DNA from: Squalus acanthias
Lineage: Eukaryota
Length of the DNA stretch: 64,000 nucleotides
Reading direction: 5' to 3'
NCBI GenBank assembly: GCA_030390025.1
Contig: CM059432.1
Location: 133,488,001-133,552,000 of the forward strand
Shown here in pieces: positions 1 through 13,291 of the stretch. The notes under the pieces were generated by a model, which was not told where the DNA came from, did not search any database, and worked only from the letters and a program-made list of their open reading frames with translations. Made by a program: the position numbers and the translations under genes. Every line of letters begins with the position of its first letter. Within the stretch, counting starts at the first letter, position 1.

Positions 1-151
1 AATGTCACATGATCGAACCTCCAGGCATAAGTCCAACCTGAGTTGGCAACCCTAAATGGCTGCCTCTCGACTTGTGCAGCCCATTGTTTGTAGGTGGGAC
101 CAGGAACTAGTAGTAACAACGCTGGCAGAGAACAAATGGCATCAGAGATAA

Positions 152-909
152 AGAAAGACTTGCATTTCTATAGCGCCTTTCTTGACCTCAGGATGCCCCA
201 AAGTGCTTTACAACCAATGAAGTACTTTTTGAAGTGTAGTCACTTATGTAATGTCAGAAATACAGCAGCCAATTTGTGCACAGCAAGCTCCTACAAACAG
301 TAATGTGATAATGACCAGATAATCTGTTTTTGTGATGGTGATTGAGGGATAAATATTGGCCAGGACACCTGGGAGAACTCCCCTGCTCTTCTTCGAATAG
401 TGCCATGAGATCTTTTATGTCCACCCAAGAAGACAGACAGGTCTCGGTTTATCGTCTCATCCAAAAGACAGCACCTCCAACAGTGCAGCACTCCCTCAGT
501 ACTGCGCTGGAGTGTCAGAAAGGATCATTTACTCAAGTTTCTGGAGTGGGGCTTGAACTCACCACCACATCTGACTCAGAGGCAAGAGTGCTACCACAGA
601 GCCACAGCTCAGTCATCCAGTCAGCTCTATCAATTAGCTTCTCTTCAATTCCCTGCAAAAGTACACGCGGAAATAAATAAATAAATAAATAAACTACTGC
701 TGCTCGACCATATGCTCAAAATACAGACGGGGCCTCAATTTAACATCACATTTGAAAGACAGTACCTCCAACAGTGCAGCACTCCCTCAGCACTGCACTG
801 GAGTGTCAGCCTAGATCTTTTGTGCTCAAGTCTCTGGAGTGGGACTATGAACCCACAATCTTCTGACTCAGAGGCAAGAGTGCTACCAACTGAGCCACGG
901 CTGACACAA
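152..909 (-). mobile_element. tRNA-derived DeuSINE (SacSINE1-like), composite copy with a duplicated head caused by a templated insertion
   Basis: Minus strand has a tRNA-like head (TGGCTCAGTTGG...GGTTCA), a central domain and the tail AAGGCGCTATAGAAATGCAAG(TCTT)n shared with many copies here. The head occurs twice (about 440-610 and 726-909). Confidence 0.9.
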
Positions 910-1711
910 TAGTAACTATACCAACGGACCCTGATTTTAATTTCTTATCGAGGCCCCCTGTCTGTTTCTGGCAGGAGCTCTGGATCGAGATCCAACCAAA
1001 AGTCAGAACAGGCGGTAAGTTGACACTTCAATTCCATTTGCGATTTTGGTCCCTTATCGCCACGTGCAAGCAAAGCAGCAGGGACAAGAATATCACCCCC
1101 ATAATATTGGGAATTCCAGCTCTTGCAAAGAAGTAAACATAGAGTGGATCTGAATCCATTGTGGAAAGATTTGTACAGAATAACAGAACAAAAATATTTT
1201 GAGAGGAATTCCAACAGAAAGGGAATAGAGGGATTCTGGAAATCAGAAAAGGCTCAATTTTATTATCAGCTATATAGAGAAGCCATATACAAGTTTTAGT
1301 GATTTTTCCCAATTCACTACAGCTAGGCTGGGTAGCAACTGAACAGAAAGAAGGAAATTATAGGAACAGAGAATTTATTGAATAAATGAAGGCAGCAGAT
1401 AATGAGATATTGTAGGTTTAATAGATGTTTGTGTCCACTCTTAAAACAATAATGGGGACTAGTTTGGTACAATATATCAGCAGAGATGGATTATTAAACT
1501 GGGAAATGAGATCATTGCTGATCTGTTCCTTGAGATTTTTTAATTTTCTCTGACCTGCAGTCAACATTTCTTCTTCAGTCCATCTGATTTTTTTTTTCAC
1601 TATTTACAATTAGCGGCTGCAGTCAAGGTGGGGAAGCAGGATTTTTTCTAAATTATTGAATTTTTATGTGCTTATTAATCTATAGATGTTATTGTTGGGC
1701 ACGTATAGTAA

Positions 1712-1950
1712 GGTGGCTGGGTACAGTGGGGTGGGTGGGTATAATAGGGAGGGTGGTACAGTGAGGCAGGTTGGTACAGTGGGGCAGGTGGGTACAGTGG
1801 GGAGGGGGGTACAGTGGGGTGGGTGGTACAGTGAGGAGGATGGGTATAATGGGGAGGGTGGGTACAGTGAGGCGGGGGTTACAGTGAGGAGGGTGGGTAT
1901 AATGGGGAGGGTGGGTACAGTGAGGCTGGGGTTACAGTGGGGAGGGTGGG
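1712..1950. repeat. G-rich minisatellite, about 18-bp unit (GGGTACAGTGAGGAGGGT-like)
   Basis: About 13 degenerate tandem units are directly visible. Confidence 0.9.
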
Positions 1951-2084
1951 AGACTGTCATGGTAGTTGTGTTGCAGGGAAAAATTTTTGGTGGAATTGGA
2001 TTCAGGGACATTTTAACTGAGGCAACAAAGTTTTTTGTGATAAGATTAGCGAACAACAGAATCAGAAAATAACCATTTTTTAAA

Positions 2085-4720
2085 ATTCATTCATGGGACG
2101 TGAGTGTAGCTGGTAAGGCCAGTATTTATTGCCCATCCCTAATTGCCCTTGAGAAGGTGGTGATGAGCCGCCTTCTTGAACCGATGCAGTCCATGTTGTG
2201 AAGGTACTCCCACAGTGCTGTTAAGGAGGGAGTTCCAGGATTTTGACCCAGCGACGATGAGGTAACGCCAATATATTTCCAAGTCAGGATGGTGTGTGAC
2301 TTGGAGGGGAACTTGGAGGCAGTGGTATTCCCATGCACCTGCTGCCCTTGTCCTTATAGGTGATAGAGGTCACGGGTTTGGGAGGTGCTGTCGAAGGAGC
2401 CTTGGTAATGTGCTGCAGTGCATCTTGTAGATGGTACACACTGCAGCCAGCATGAGCCAGTGATGGAGGAAGCGAATGTTTGAGGTGGTGGATGGGGTGC
2501 CAATCAAGCAGAATGCTTTGTCCTGGATGGTGTCGAGCTTCTTGAGTGTTGTTGTAGCTGCACTCATCCAGGCAAGTGGAGAGTATTCCATCACACTCCT
2601 GACTTGTGCCTTGTAGATGGTGGAAAGGTTTTGAGGAGTCAGGAGGTGAGTCACTCGCTACAGAATAACCAGCCTCTGACCTGCTCTTGTAGCCACAGTA
2701 TTTATGTGGCTGGTCCAGTTAAATTTCTGGCCAATGGTGTCCCCCAGGATGTTGATGGTGGGGGCTTCAGTGATGGTAATCCTCTTGAATGTCATGGGAG
2801 GTGGTTCAACTCACTCTTGTTGGAGATGGTCATTTCCTGGAGCTTGTGTGGCGCGAATGTTACTTGCCACTTATTAATCCAAGCCTGAATGTTGTCCAGG
2901 TCTTGCTGCATGTGGGCACGGACTGCTTCATTATCTGAGGAGTTGCGAATGGAACTGAGCACTGTGCAATCATCAGCGAACATCCCCACTTCTGACCTTA
3001 TGATGGAGGGAATGTCATTGATGAAGCTGGTTGGGCCTAGGACACTGCCCTATAGAACTCCTGCAGCGTTGTCCTGGGGCTGAGATGATTGGCCTCCAAC
3101 AACCACAACCATCTTCTTTTGTGCTGGATATGACTCCAGCCAGTGGAGAGTTTTCCCCCTGATTCCCATTGACTTCAATTTTACTAGGGCTCCTTGATGT
3201 CAAGGGCAGTCACTCTCACCTCACCTCTGGAATTCAGCTCTTTTGTCCATGTTTGGACCAAAGTTGTAATGAGGTCTGGAGCCAAGTGGCCCTGGCGGAA
3301 CCCAAACTGAGCATCGGTGAGCAGGTTGTTGGTGTGTAAGTGCCATTTGCTCGCACTGTCAACAACACGTTCCATCACTTTGCTGTTGATTGAGAGTAGA
3401 CTGATGGGGTGGTAATTGGCCAGCTTGGATTTGTCCTGCTTTTTGTGGACAGGACATACCTGGGCAGTTTTCCACCGTGTCAGGTAGATGCCAGTGTTGT
3501 AGCTGCACTGGAACAGCTTGGCTAGAGGCGCGGGTAGTTCTGGAGCACAAGACTTCAGCACGACAGCCGGGATGTTTTCGGGTCTCATAGCCTTTGCTGT
3601 ATCCAGTGCGCTCAGCTGTTTCTTGACATCACGTGGAGTGAATCGAATTGGCTGAAGACTGGCTTCTCTGATGGTGGGGACCTCAGGAGGAGGCCGATAT
3701 GGATCATCCATTCAGCACTTCTGGCTGAAGATGGTTGCTTCAGCCTTGTCTTTTGCACTCACGTGCTTGGCTCCGCCACCATTAAGGATGGAGATGTTCA
3801 TGGGGCCTCCTCCTCCCGTTAGTTGTTTAATTATCCACCCTATTCATAACTGGATGTGGCAGGACTGCAGAGCTTTGATCTGATCCGTTGATTGTGGGAT
3901 CGTTGAGTTCTGTCTTTAGCATACTGCTTCCGCTGTTTAGTATGCACGTCGTCCTGTGTTGTAACTTCACCTGGTGCTACTTCATTTTTAGGTATACCTG
4001 ATTCTGCTCCTGGCATGCTCTTCTACACTCCCCATTGAACCAGGGTTGGTCCCCTGGCTTGATGGTAATGGAATAGTGAGGGATATGCCAGGCCATGAGG
4101 TTACAGATTGTGATGGAATACAATTCTGCTGCTATGATGGCACACAGTACCACACAACACGATGGAGGGTGTCCTTAGTGTGAAGGCGCGACTTTGTCTC
4201 CACAATGACTGTGCGGTGGTCACTGCTACCAGTACTGTCATGGACAGATGCATCTGCGACAGGTAGATTGGTGAGGACGAGATCAAGTAGGTTTTTCCCT
4301 CTTGTTGGTTCTCTCACCACCTGCTGCAGGCCCATGTCTGCAGCTATATCCCTCAGGATTTGGCCAGCTCAGTCAGTAGTGGTGCTACCGAGCCACTCTT
4401 GCTGAAAGACATTGAAGTCCCCCACCCAGAGTGCATTCTGTGCCCTTGCTACCCTCAGTGCTTTTTCCAAGTGGTGTTCAACATGGAGGAGTACTGATTC
4501 ATCAGCTGAGGGAGGGCAGTAGGTGGTAATCAGCAGGAGCTTTTCTTGCCCATATTTGACCTGAAGCCATGAGACTTCATGGGGTCCGGAGTCAATGTTG
4601 AAGACTCCCAGGGCCACTCCCTCCCGACTGTATACCATTGTGCCACCATCTCTGGTGGGTCTGTCCTGCCGTTGAGACAGGACATACTCAGGGATGGTGA
4701 TGGAGGAGTCTGGGACATTG
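2085..4720 (-). mobile_element. Decayed non-LTR retrotransposon of the CR1/L2 group (APE endonuclease + RT), with 3' end
   Basis: ORF fragments: APE (TTYCPPS...WVGDFNV, NLLDLVLTN, SSDH), RT (YHPISLLS, QFGFRQG, ALDIK, MFADD) and C-terminus IYKAQVRSVMEYS; (GAAT)n-type tail at about 2085; many frameshifts. Confidence 0.9.
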
Positions 4721-4988
4721 GCTAGAATTAGAAGGGATAAAAAGAAGAAGGCTTAATTCCACAGTCCTGTGATCCCAGCGAGGAAGCTGCACTCACAGGA
4801 AGTGCATGTCGGAGATAGGGCTGCAACATTATAGTTCCTCCGTTCCCTGATCCATTTTCCCTGCAAGCCACAGATCCTCACTGGCAATGTGGAATCGTCC
4901 AATTATGTCTGGAGACTTAACCTATGAAAAAGGGAAGAAGAAAATGATTAGGTAGTCCAGCCCATCACAACATAGATTAAGGCTCAAT

Positions 4989-5610
4989 GGCCTGGAAATG
5001 GCTTTAGGCCCATTTGCGGACTAAAAATGGTCAGAGCGTACCAGAAGCTGGAGTCCTCGGGCCTCATTGTAAAAACTGTGGCCAGCTGCCGGCTCCTGAT
5101 TCACCTCCAGAGACAGCTCACTGCTTTGATCCACTCCAATTTGGTCCAGCTGCCTCGCTGGCAGCATCCCTCAGATAAGTCCTGGGAGGATGGGGAGGAG
5201 AACGGGAGGGCTGCTAGCAGTGGCCCGCAGCAGCCCGCAGTGGTTCTGTGGAGCCAGGAGGACAACTCCTGCTCCTCCCAGTTCCATGTGGCGGTAATTT
5301 TTTTTAAAATTATGTTTTGGTGGCGGCCTCCAGCAGTCCCTTTAAGGACCGCTGGTTAGGTCACATGGCGACCACGTAATCCTGAGCAGAACAGGCCCGG
5401 GGCCTTCTCCGCCTCAGCGCAGCCCACTTTCCAAAAGGGGTCCTTAAACAGGCATTAGGCTCCTCATTAACCGATGCAAGGCACCTAAAGCCTGTCTCAG
5501 GCTGGCCGCTAGGGGGGCCTGGAACGCGGCCTTTATCAATATGATGCTGTCCGTAACACAGGTGCAGATTGGGCATGAGATGCAGGGCGTGAAATTGGTC
5601 CTTTTTGCCC
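4989..5610. mobile_element. GC-rich non-autonomous DNA transposon (MITE-like), same family as 56159-57464
   Basis: Shares internal blocks (CTGCTCCTCC; AAACAGGCATTAGG...CCTCAT...ATGCAAGG) with 57100-57320. Ends are degenerate. Confidence 0.5.
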
Positions 5611-6000
5611 CCATTTGCTGCACAGAACACAGACACACCAGTGAACAATTTATCCTCCAATAATCATGAGCAGCACGAGAAATTTTACTATGAAGACGTA
5701 CTGTAGCATTCATGGGGTGCCGTGGGGCAGTTTTATTCTGTTGCAGGTCAGCTTTATGCCTGCAGGAAGCCATGAGGCAGACTTTCCCGATTAGTAAATA
5801 CATGGTGATTTTGGTACTGAAAATTGCAAGGTTGTGCTGAAATCATGTTAAATTTATTGTGATAATCAACAGTTGGTTACTAGGAACTAAGCAATCATTA
5901 CATAACATATATATATATATATATATATACCAGGAAAAATCTTATACCTTGCTGCAATTTTTAACTGTACAATTTGACTTCTTGTTGCTTTTTTGTCACA

Positions 6001-8341
6001 TGCCTAGAAATCCAATAAAGCCCAAAAACGGGCGGTGCCACCGCGGGATGAGGTTAACTTGCGCCCGTAAAAAGAGCGCAGACAGCACTGTTATTTTGGT
6101 GGTGGCTGCTGATTTAAAGGATTGCAGCGTAGTACCTACTGTGCAATGCGCTGTTTCAGGGGTGCGCTCAGCAGAAGGCCAAATGTAGCATGACCGTAGC
6201 GTCCCTGGAGCAAGAGCAGCGTTTTCTTAAAGCTAGGCTGTCATTTTAGAAAGCAGTCTCGAGCCCTTAAAGGGGAACTGCCTTCTAAAATTAAAAAAGA
6301 TAAATTATTTAAAAATAGGCAGTCTTTAGCCCTTAGAGCTCAACTGCCTTCTGAAAAAAACACTAAAAATAATTCCAAAATGGGAGCCTGAACTGTTTTT
6401 TGCACGTAAAAAAATGGTAAAAATGCTTCAGCACGAACACAAAAGGCTCAACAGGCCAGGGAAAGGGCACCCAGGGTCTCGCACGCAGCGCTCCAGCTTT
6501 GTGCAGGGGGGTCAACACTGCAAGAGAGGTCCTCTACCCACAGGGGCCAGGAGGCCCTCCAGAAAGAAGGATGTGGTACCAGATCGCCCCCAGGACCTGG
6601 CTCCAGTGCCCAAAGAAGCTTCATGACCTCAAAACAGTGGTCAAGGTCAGTGAATACATCTCCAAAAGCCGTCTCCTTCCAACTGCACCACTAGCCTCAC
6701 AAACTGCTCAGTGCACGACCCCCCACCCCCCATCACTCACCTACCAACAATCTCTACCAAACATAAGGCACACCTCACATACCTCACCTCACTTCACCTC
6801 ACCCCTTGGAGGAGACATTCTTGGCAGGGGCATGGCTGAGTCCTTCGCCAGCGGCGGGGGCTGAAAGAATGCACGATGCTGGTATCCTCATATGTTATCC
6901 GCCTTCTCACATCCGACTTCACCCTCATCCCACATTCTCTTCTGATGTACAAGCTGCGCATGGTGTAAGCATGCAGTTCTTGCTTTCCCGCCCTCCCCTC
7001 ACCACAACCTAACACTTGTGCCTTCCTCAATTCAAACACCCAAGAAACCCAGCCTGCCCAGCTAGTGGTTGACCAAGAAGAGGGAGAGGGAAGAACAAGA
7101 ACAAGAACAAGAAGAAGAATAAGAAGAAGAAACACCGTCACTCGATTTCATACTCCCAGCCACCAGCTCCTCAAGGTCGTCCTATAAGGCCATTTGCAGT
7201 TTCTCCCACTGAAAGTCAGCAGCCTTCCACCAGCATGCTGCAGCCACTGGGATAGCACTGTGTGATATCAGTAGGGTAGGCACACACAAGACAGTCACTA
7301 AAAGAATGCATAAGGGTGATTAGTTGATTTCTTGATGTCATATTGGATGCATATATGGATAAAGTTGGATTGGAAAGTTTGCTTTGTGGTGGCTTTTATT
7401 TCAGCATTGTGGCCAAGAGGACGCTGTGATGGTCAGTAACAGAGGGAAGGTAAGGTGTGGGACAAATGTACCACAGGCAGTTGGCTCCATCCCGGATATC
7501 CTGGCCAGAAGGGGGCTGTCTGGGTTGCATCCTTCTTTCCACTTCCTCTTCTTCTGCGTCTTCCTCTTTTGCTTCCTTCTCTTCTGCGTTTCCCTCTTCT
7601 GCTTCTTCCTCTTCTCTCTGTGATCAGCTTGTCCGCATTGCTGCTTCTGCTTCATCTCCATGTGCCCCCCAGGACCGTGAGCAAGTGGTCTTCTCAGAGG
7701 CAAAATACTGCAGATGCTGGAAATCTGAAATAAAAGCAGAAAATGCTAGAAATACTCAGCAGGTCAGGCAGCATCTTGATCTGAAACGTTAACTCTGTTT
7801 CTCTCTCCACAGATGCTGTCTGACCTACTGAGTATTTCCAGCATATCCTGTCATCTCAGAGACCTTCCTTTACCATCCAAAGCCTTGCAAGCATCCAGCA
7901 GCACTCCCTGCACACCCTGCACACTTCAACAACTTTTTAAATGTATTTCACCAAGGCACTATTTCAATAAAGTATAAAAAAAAGTCCAAAAGCTGAAATC
8001 CAAACTTACCTGAAAGAGGTGTGTGTCCCTTTGAGAAGCGCTGACAGCATTTCTGCAGGGCTGCTTCACGCACGTTTTTCTATGCATAGTTAGGAGAGGG
8101 CTTTATGCTATGCAGCGACGTCCAAAATAGCACTCGTGGCTTCAAATCAGATGTTGCATGCCGATTGATGTCACGATCTGCTCATTTGAATTTGAGAGGC
8201 CAGCACTGGCAACGGCAACGCTATGCCCTCACCAAAATGGCGGCTGCCGTGTCCCACGCTGGAAGCGGGCAGAAGCGAGACAGCCACCATTTTTTTAAGT
8301 AATCCGGTGCAAACACGCGCTGTTAATGGAATTTTTAGGCC
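6001..8341 (+). mobile_element. Non-autonomous Harbinger/PIF derivative with a Myb/SANT gene relic
   Basis: Imperfect TIRs GCCTAGAAATCCA / TGGAATTTTTAGGC; ACA on both flanks; Myb-like relic (AREVLYPQ...W..IA.RTWLQCPKKLHDL); inverted paralog at 52827-56053. Confidence 0.8.
7700..7852. mobile_element. Penelope-like pLTR fragment forming an inverted repeat
   Basis: AAATACTCAGCAGGTCAGGCAGCATC ... GATGCTGTCTGACCTACTGAGTATTT; same sequence as the PLE termini at 56287-56931; TCTCAGAG on both flanks. Confidence 0.8.
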
Positions 8342-8740
8342 ACACTTTTTTTTGCCAACCTTATCTTATAAATTCCTATCTTCACATTTATAATGGGTTT
8401 TGTCTATTACGCAATATGGCCACCAAACTCTCATAAATCACCCAAAATGTTTTCTGAATTTTTTTAGCCCATTCTTTATGCATTAACTGAAATTTCTAAT
8501 GTCTAAAATAAGGGTTTAAACAAAATAAAAAATTCATAAAATTACATATTTCACAATAGCATGACTAAATTCATCTACTGAATTGTCTTTTGTGTCATTT
8601 AATGCCTTCACTAAATGCAGTCAGTCAATTAAGGCAATAGTCTTACTGGCAGAACAAGCAAGGAAAAATTGTCGGCAGTGTTCAAACAAAATTTCTCAGT
8701 CAAATTACACAAAGTTAGCTGTTAGTTGGTGTTAGATGTA

Positions 8741-10578
8741 AAAACTGACTGTAAAAACTTCTATAGATATGTGAAGAGAAAAAGATTGGTGATGTCAAGC
8801 GTAGGTCCCTTGCAGTCAGAATCAGGGGAACTTATAATGGGGAACAAAGAAATGGCTGACCAATTAAATACATACTTTGGTTCTGTCTTCACAACGGAGG
8901 ATGCAAATAAACTCCCAGAGATGTCGGGGAACATAGGGTCTAATGAGAGGGAGGAACTGAATGAAATCAGTATTTGTAGGGAAATGGTGTTAGGGAAATT
9001 GACGCGATTGAAGGCCGATAAATCCCCAGGGCCTGATAATCTACATCCTAGGGTACTTAAGGGAGTGGCCCTAGAAATAGTAGATGCATTGCTGGTCATC
9101 TTCCAAAATTCTATAGACTCTGGAACAGTTCCCACGGATTGGAGGGTAGCTAATGTAACCCCACTATTTAAAAATGGTGGTAGAGAGAAAACGGGGAATT
9201 TATAGATCGGTAAGCCTGACATCGGTAGTGGGGAAAATGCTAGAGTCCATTATAAAAGATGTAATAGCAGAGCACTTGGAAAACAGTGACAGGATCGGAC
9301 AAAGTCAACATGGATTTACAAAAGGTAAATCATGCTTGACTAATCTACTGGAATTTTTTGAGGATGTAACTGGTAGAATAGATAAGGGAGAACCAGTGGA
9401 TGTGGTGTATTTGGACTTTCAGAAGGCTTTCGATAAGGTCCCACATAAGAGATTAGCATGCAAAGTTAGAGCACATGGAATTGGGGGTAAGGTACTGACT
9501 TGGATAGAAAACTGGTTGGCAGACAGGAAGCAAAGAGTTGGAATAAACGGGTCTTTTTCCGAGTGACAGGCAGTGACTAGTGGGGTGCCGCAGGGATCGG
9601 TGCTAGGACCCCAGTTATTCACAATATATATAAATGATCTAGACGAGGGAACTAGATGTAATATCTCCAAGTTTGCAGACGACACAAAAGCTGGGTGGGC
9701 GTGTGTGCTGTGAGGAGGATGCAGAGAAACTCCAGGATGATTTGGAAAGGTTGGGTGATTGGGCAGATGCATGACATATGCAGTATAATGTGGATAAATG
9801 CGAGGTTATCCACTTTGGTGGCAAAAACAGGAAGGCAGATTATTATCTGAACGGCAATAGATTGGGAAAAGGGGAAGTGCAATGAGACCTGGGTGTCCTT
9901 GTGCACCAGTCGCTGAAGGTAAGCATGTAGGTGCAGCAGGCGGTTAAGAAGGCAAATGGTATGTTGGCCTTCATAGCGAGAGGATTCGAGTACAGGAGCA
10001 AGGATGTCTTGCTGCAGTTGTACAGGGCCTTGGTGAGACCACACCTTGAGTATTGTGTGCAGTTTTGGTCGCCTTATCTGAGGAAGGATGTTGTTGCCAT
10101 GGAGGGACTGCAGCGAAGATTCACCAAACTGATACCTGGGATGGCAGGAATGACGTATGAAGAGAGAGTGGGTCGATTGGGCTTGTATTCGCTAGAGTTT
10201 AGAAGAATGAGAGGGGATCTCATTGAAACTTATAAAATTCTAACAGGACTAGACAGACTAGATGCAGGAAGGCTGTTCCCGATGGCGGGGGAGTCCAGAA
10301 CCAGGGGTCACAGTCTAAGGATAAGGGGTAAGCCATTTAGGGCTGAGATGAGGAGGAATTTCTTCACCCAGAGAGTGGTGAACCTGTGGAATTCTCTACC
10401 ACAGAAGGCAGTTGAGGTCAAGTCATTAAATATATTCAAGAAGGAGTTAGGTATATTTCTTGAGGCTAAGGGGATCAAGGGATATGGGGAGAAAGCAGGG
10501 ACAGGGTACTGAATTTGGATGATCAGCCATGATCACATTGAATGGCCTACTCCTGCTCCTATCTTCTATGTTTCTATG
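8741..10578 (+). mobile_element. CR1 LINE (HER1-like), 5'-truncated, RT and 3' UTR
   Basis: [65 protein letters not shown]; tail TTCTATGTTTCTATG; stops and frameshifts; empty site visible at about 58520-58550. Confidence 0.95.
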
Positions 10579-10671
10579 TTAAATGCTAAAGCGGTGTGGT
10601 TGGTCTCAACTCACAATCTTCTGAGGTAAGAATACTACCATCTAAATCAAGTTGCATGAAAATGATATTAA

Positions 10672-11130
10672 AACAACAATAACTAGTGTTTATATAGCGC
10701 CTTTAACGTAGTAAAATATCCCAAGGTGCTTCACTGGAGTGGTATCAAACAATATTTGACAATAAGCCACATAAAGAGATATTAGGACAGATGACCAAAA
10801 GCTTGGTCAAAGAGGTAGGTTTTAAGGAGCGTCTTAAAGGAGGAGAGGTAGAGAGGTGGAGAGGTTTAAGGAAAGAATTCCAGAGTTTAGGGCCTAGGCA
10901 GCTGAAGGCATGGCCGCCAATGGTGGAGCAATGAAAATCTAGGATGCAAAAGAGGCCAGAATTTAACGAATTCAGCGATCTTGGAGTTTTGTAGGGCTGG
11001 ATGAGGTTGCAGGCGAGGCCATGGAGGGAGTTGAACACTAGGATGAGAATTTTAAATTCGAGTCGTTGCCGGACTGGAAGCCAATGTAGGTTAGCAATGA
11101 GTGAACAGGACTTGGTGCGAGTCAGGACAT
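10672..11130 (-). mobile_element. L2-type LINE 3' end
   Basis: GGHAFSCLGPKLWNS motif and tail AAAGGCGCTATATAAA...(TTG)n; homologous to 47775, 50232, 57958 and 63840. Confidence 0.85.
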
Positions 11131-11133
11131 ATC

Positions 11134-12218
11134 GGCCCAGATTTTGCTGGAGTGGGGCATCTCGCAGTGTTCCCTGTGAATTAGACTTTTTCCCTCACCC
11201 TTCAGCTCGAAAAAACTTTGTGCCACAGGTTACTGGAAGTGCGAGTTGATAGTGGCGCGGCAAGGGCAACAAGGCATCTGGGACCTTGGTGAGTGATGGG
11301 ACCAACAGTCTTGCACCTTAACCAATGAGATTTAAGGATCAAATTGGGGGAATCTAGAACTAGGGGGCATAGTTTCAGGGTAAGGGGTCGCCCATTTAAA
11401 ACGGAGATGAGGAGGAATTTCTTCTCTCAGAGAGTCGTGAATCTTTGGAATTCTCTACCCCAGAGAGCTGTGGAGGCGGAGTCATTGAATATATTCAAGG
11501 CGGAGATAGACATATATTTGAGCTACAGGGGAGTCAAGGGTTATGGGGAGCGGGTGGGAAAGTGGCGTTGAGGCCAAGATCAGATCAGCCATGATCTTAT
11601 TGAATGGCGGGGCGGGCTCGAGGGGCCAAATGGCCTGCTCCTGCTCCTATTTCTTATGTTCTTATGTTCTAAGAAAAAAGAACAGAGAGGGAAATAGGGT
11701 GAATTAGAGTCAAATCAGGAACAGGAAGAAAAATTTAAAAAGGGAAAGAAAGATTGGATTAAGAGAGAAAAAAGAAACAGAAAGGAAAATTAAGAAAAAA
11801 TATTTAAAATTTTAAAATTTTACAAACCTCTAGGAACAATTTACTAGCTGTAGGAATGAGACTCCACAGTTTCAATTGTTCCCTTTCTGGGCTGGAGAGG
11901 TCGAGTCGCATTGCAGGAACATAAATCTCATCATTAAAAGGGTACTTATGCTGTTAAGTACCAGCCCTAACTTTCTGCGGCGTGCTAAATTGGCAATTAA
12001 TGGGCAAATGCAGCAATTTCTTGCAACTCACTGGGAGGTTGAGGGTGAGCTCCAGTTTTTGCATAGCTAACGGCGGAGCGGCGCAAATAATCCAACAATT
12101 TGTGGCGATTTGCAACTCACGGCGTATCTCTTGCTCGACACAAACCGCAGGCCAGTTTACACGCTAATAACCGCAGGCGCGTTAAACGTGCGGGTTATTT
12201 TCCAGCAAATTCTGGCTC
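11134..12218. mobile_element. MITE / non-autonomous Harbinger-type element
   Basis: TIRs GGCCCAGATTTTGCTGGA / TCCAGCAAATTCTGGCTC; AT-rich centre with GC-rich subterminal arms. Confidence 0.75.
11345..11670 (+). mobile_element. CR1 3' end nested in a MITE
   Basis: GESRTRGHS...RRNFFSQRVVNLWNSLP; tail (TTCTTATG)n. Confidence 0.9.
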
Positions 12219-13291
12219 ATCATGATTCCTTCTGCTGAGGGAAATCTCAGCACCCACCCACTGAGATAGTGAACTCACCATGCAGGAAAATATGGGCCAG
12301 GGCCCATGTTCGTCACTCTGTGAAGCAACGTATTCCGAAACCAGTGCATTGTTCCAACAGCATCCATAGGACATTTCTTGAATTACAGTTTTCAGGAAAT
12401 AAACGTTTGGTTCAGAAAGGTACAACACTCCTCAAAGGGTTCTGCCGTGATTTAACCAAGGTCGATGGGAAGAACTACACCTCTTAACATTTTGCGTCAT
12501 CTCATCAAACTAAATATCAGCTTTAAGAAAAAAAGGCTTTGTTCAACCTGACATTTCTAATAACTCACACCTCCCCCCCCACCCCCCCACATTTATTCAC
12601 GTGTCAGAACATGACACTATCTAACATATACCCCATTATTTCCTTTTAAATGAGCTACAGACATTAATGAGATTAATACGTTTTGGCACATTTGCAGCAT
12701 TTAGCAACATAATTGGAGAATAATGCATTAAAGGTCAGATAGTCATGTAAAACGATGGCTAATGTATTTCTGTGTTCATATCCATGAAGCTTGGATAATT
12801 CCATCAGCTGAACTCAGTATTGTCAGTACAATATTTTTTTTAAATACTATAATTTTCAAAAACAATTTGGCCTCCCCAACTGCCATCTTCAACTCCACCC
12901 GCTCGATTGTAAAATAGAGCGATATATTTTTGGAACTTTGCAATGTTATAAAATTATATATTATTTTTAATCAGTATGTGGAAGCATATCTTAATTGGTT
13001 TTAAGCTGTCACTGTGTGAAAATCAAAAGAAAGAGAAGAACTTAACAAGGCCATATAGAAAAAGCAGAGCAAACACCAGGGTTTATTTCTAGAGGGATAG
13101 GGAAGTTATGCTAAACTTGTATTGAACCTTGGTTAGACGACACTTAGAGTACTGTGTACAATTCTGGTCGCCATATTATAAAAAGGATATAGAGGCACTG
13201 GAGAGGGTGCAGAAAAGATTTACAGGGATGATACCAGAAATGTGAGGGTATACATATCAGGAAAGGATGGTCAGGCTGGGTCTCTTTTCTC

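Noticed and set aside
1664..2072. Gly-rich and Pro-rich ORFs of 128-130 aa
   Set aside because: They are translations of the minisatellite, with no splice or codon evidence.
4797..4921. Minus-strand segment with strong acceptor (TTTTTCATAG) and GTGAGT donor
   Set aside because: All three frames contain stops (best: VKSPD...GTEEL*), and that frame is not in phase with the 58861 exon. It could be non-coding or terminal, but is unsupported.
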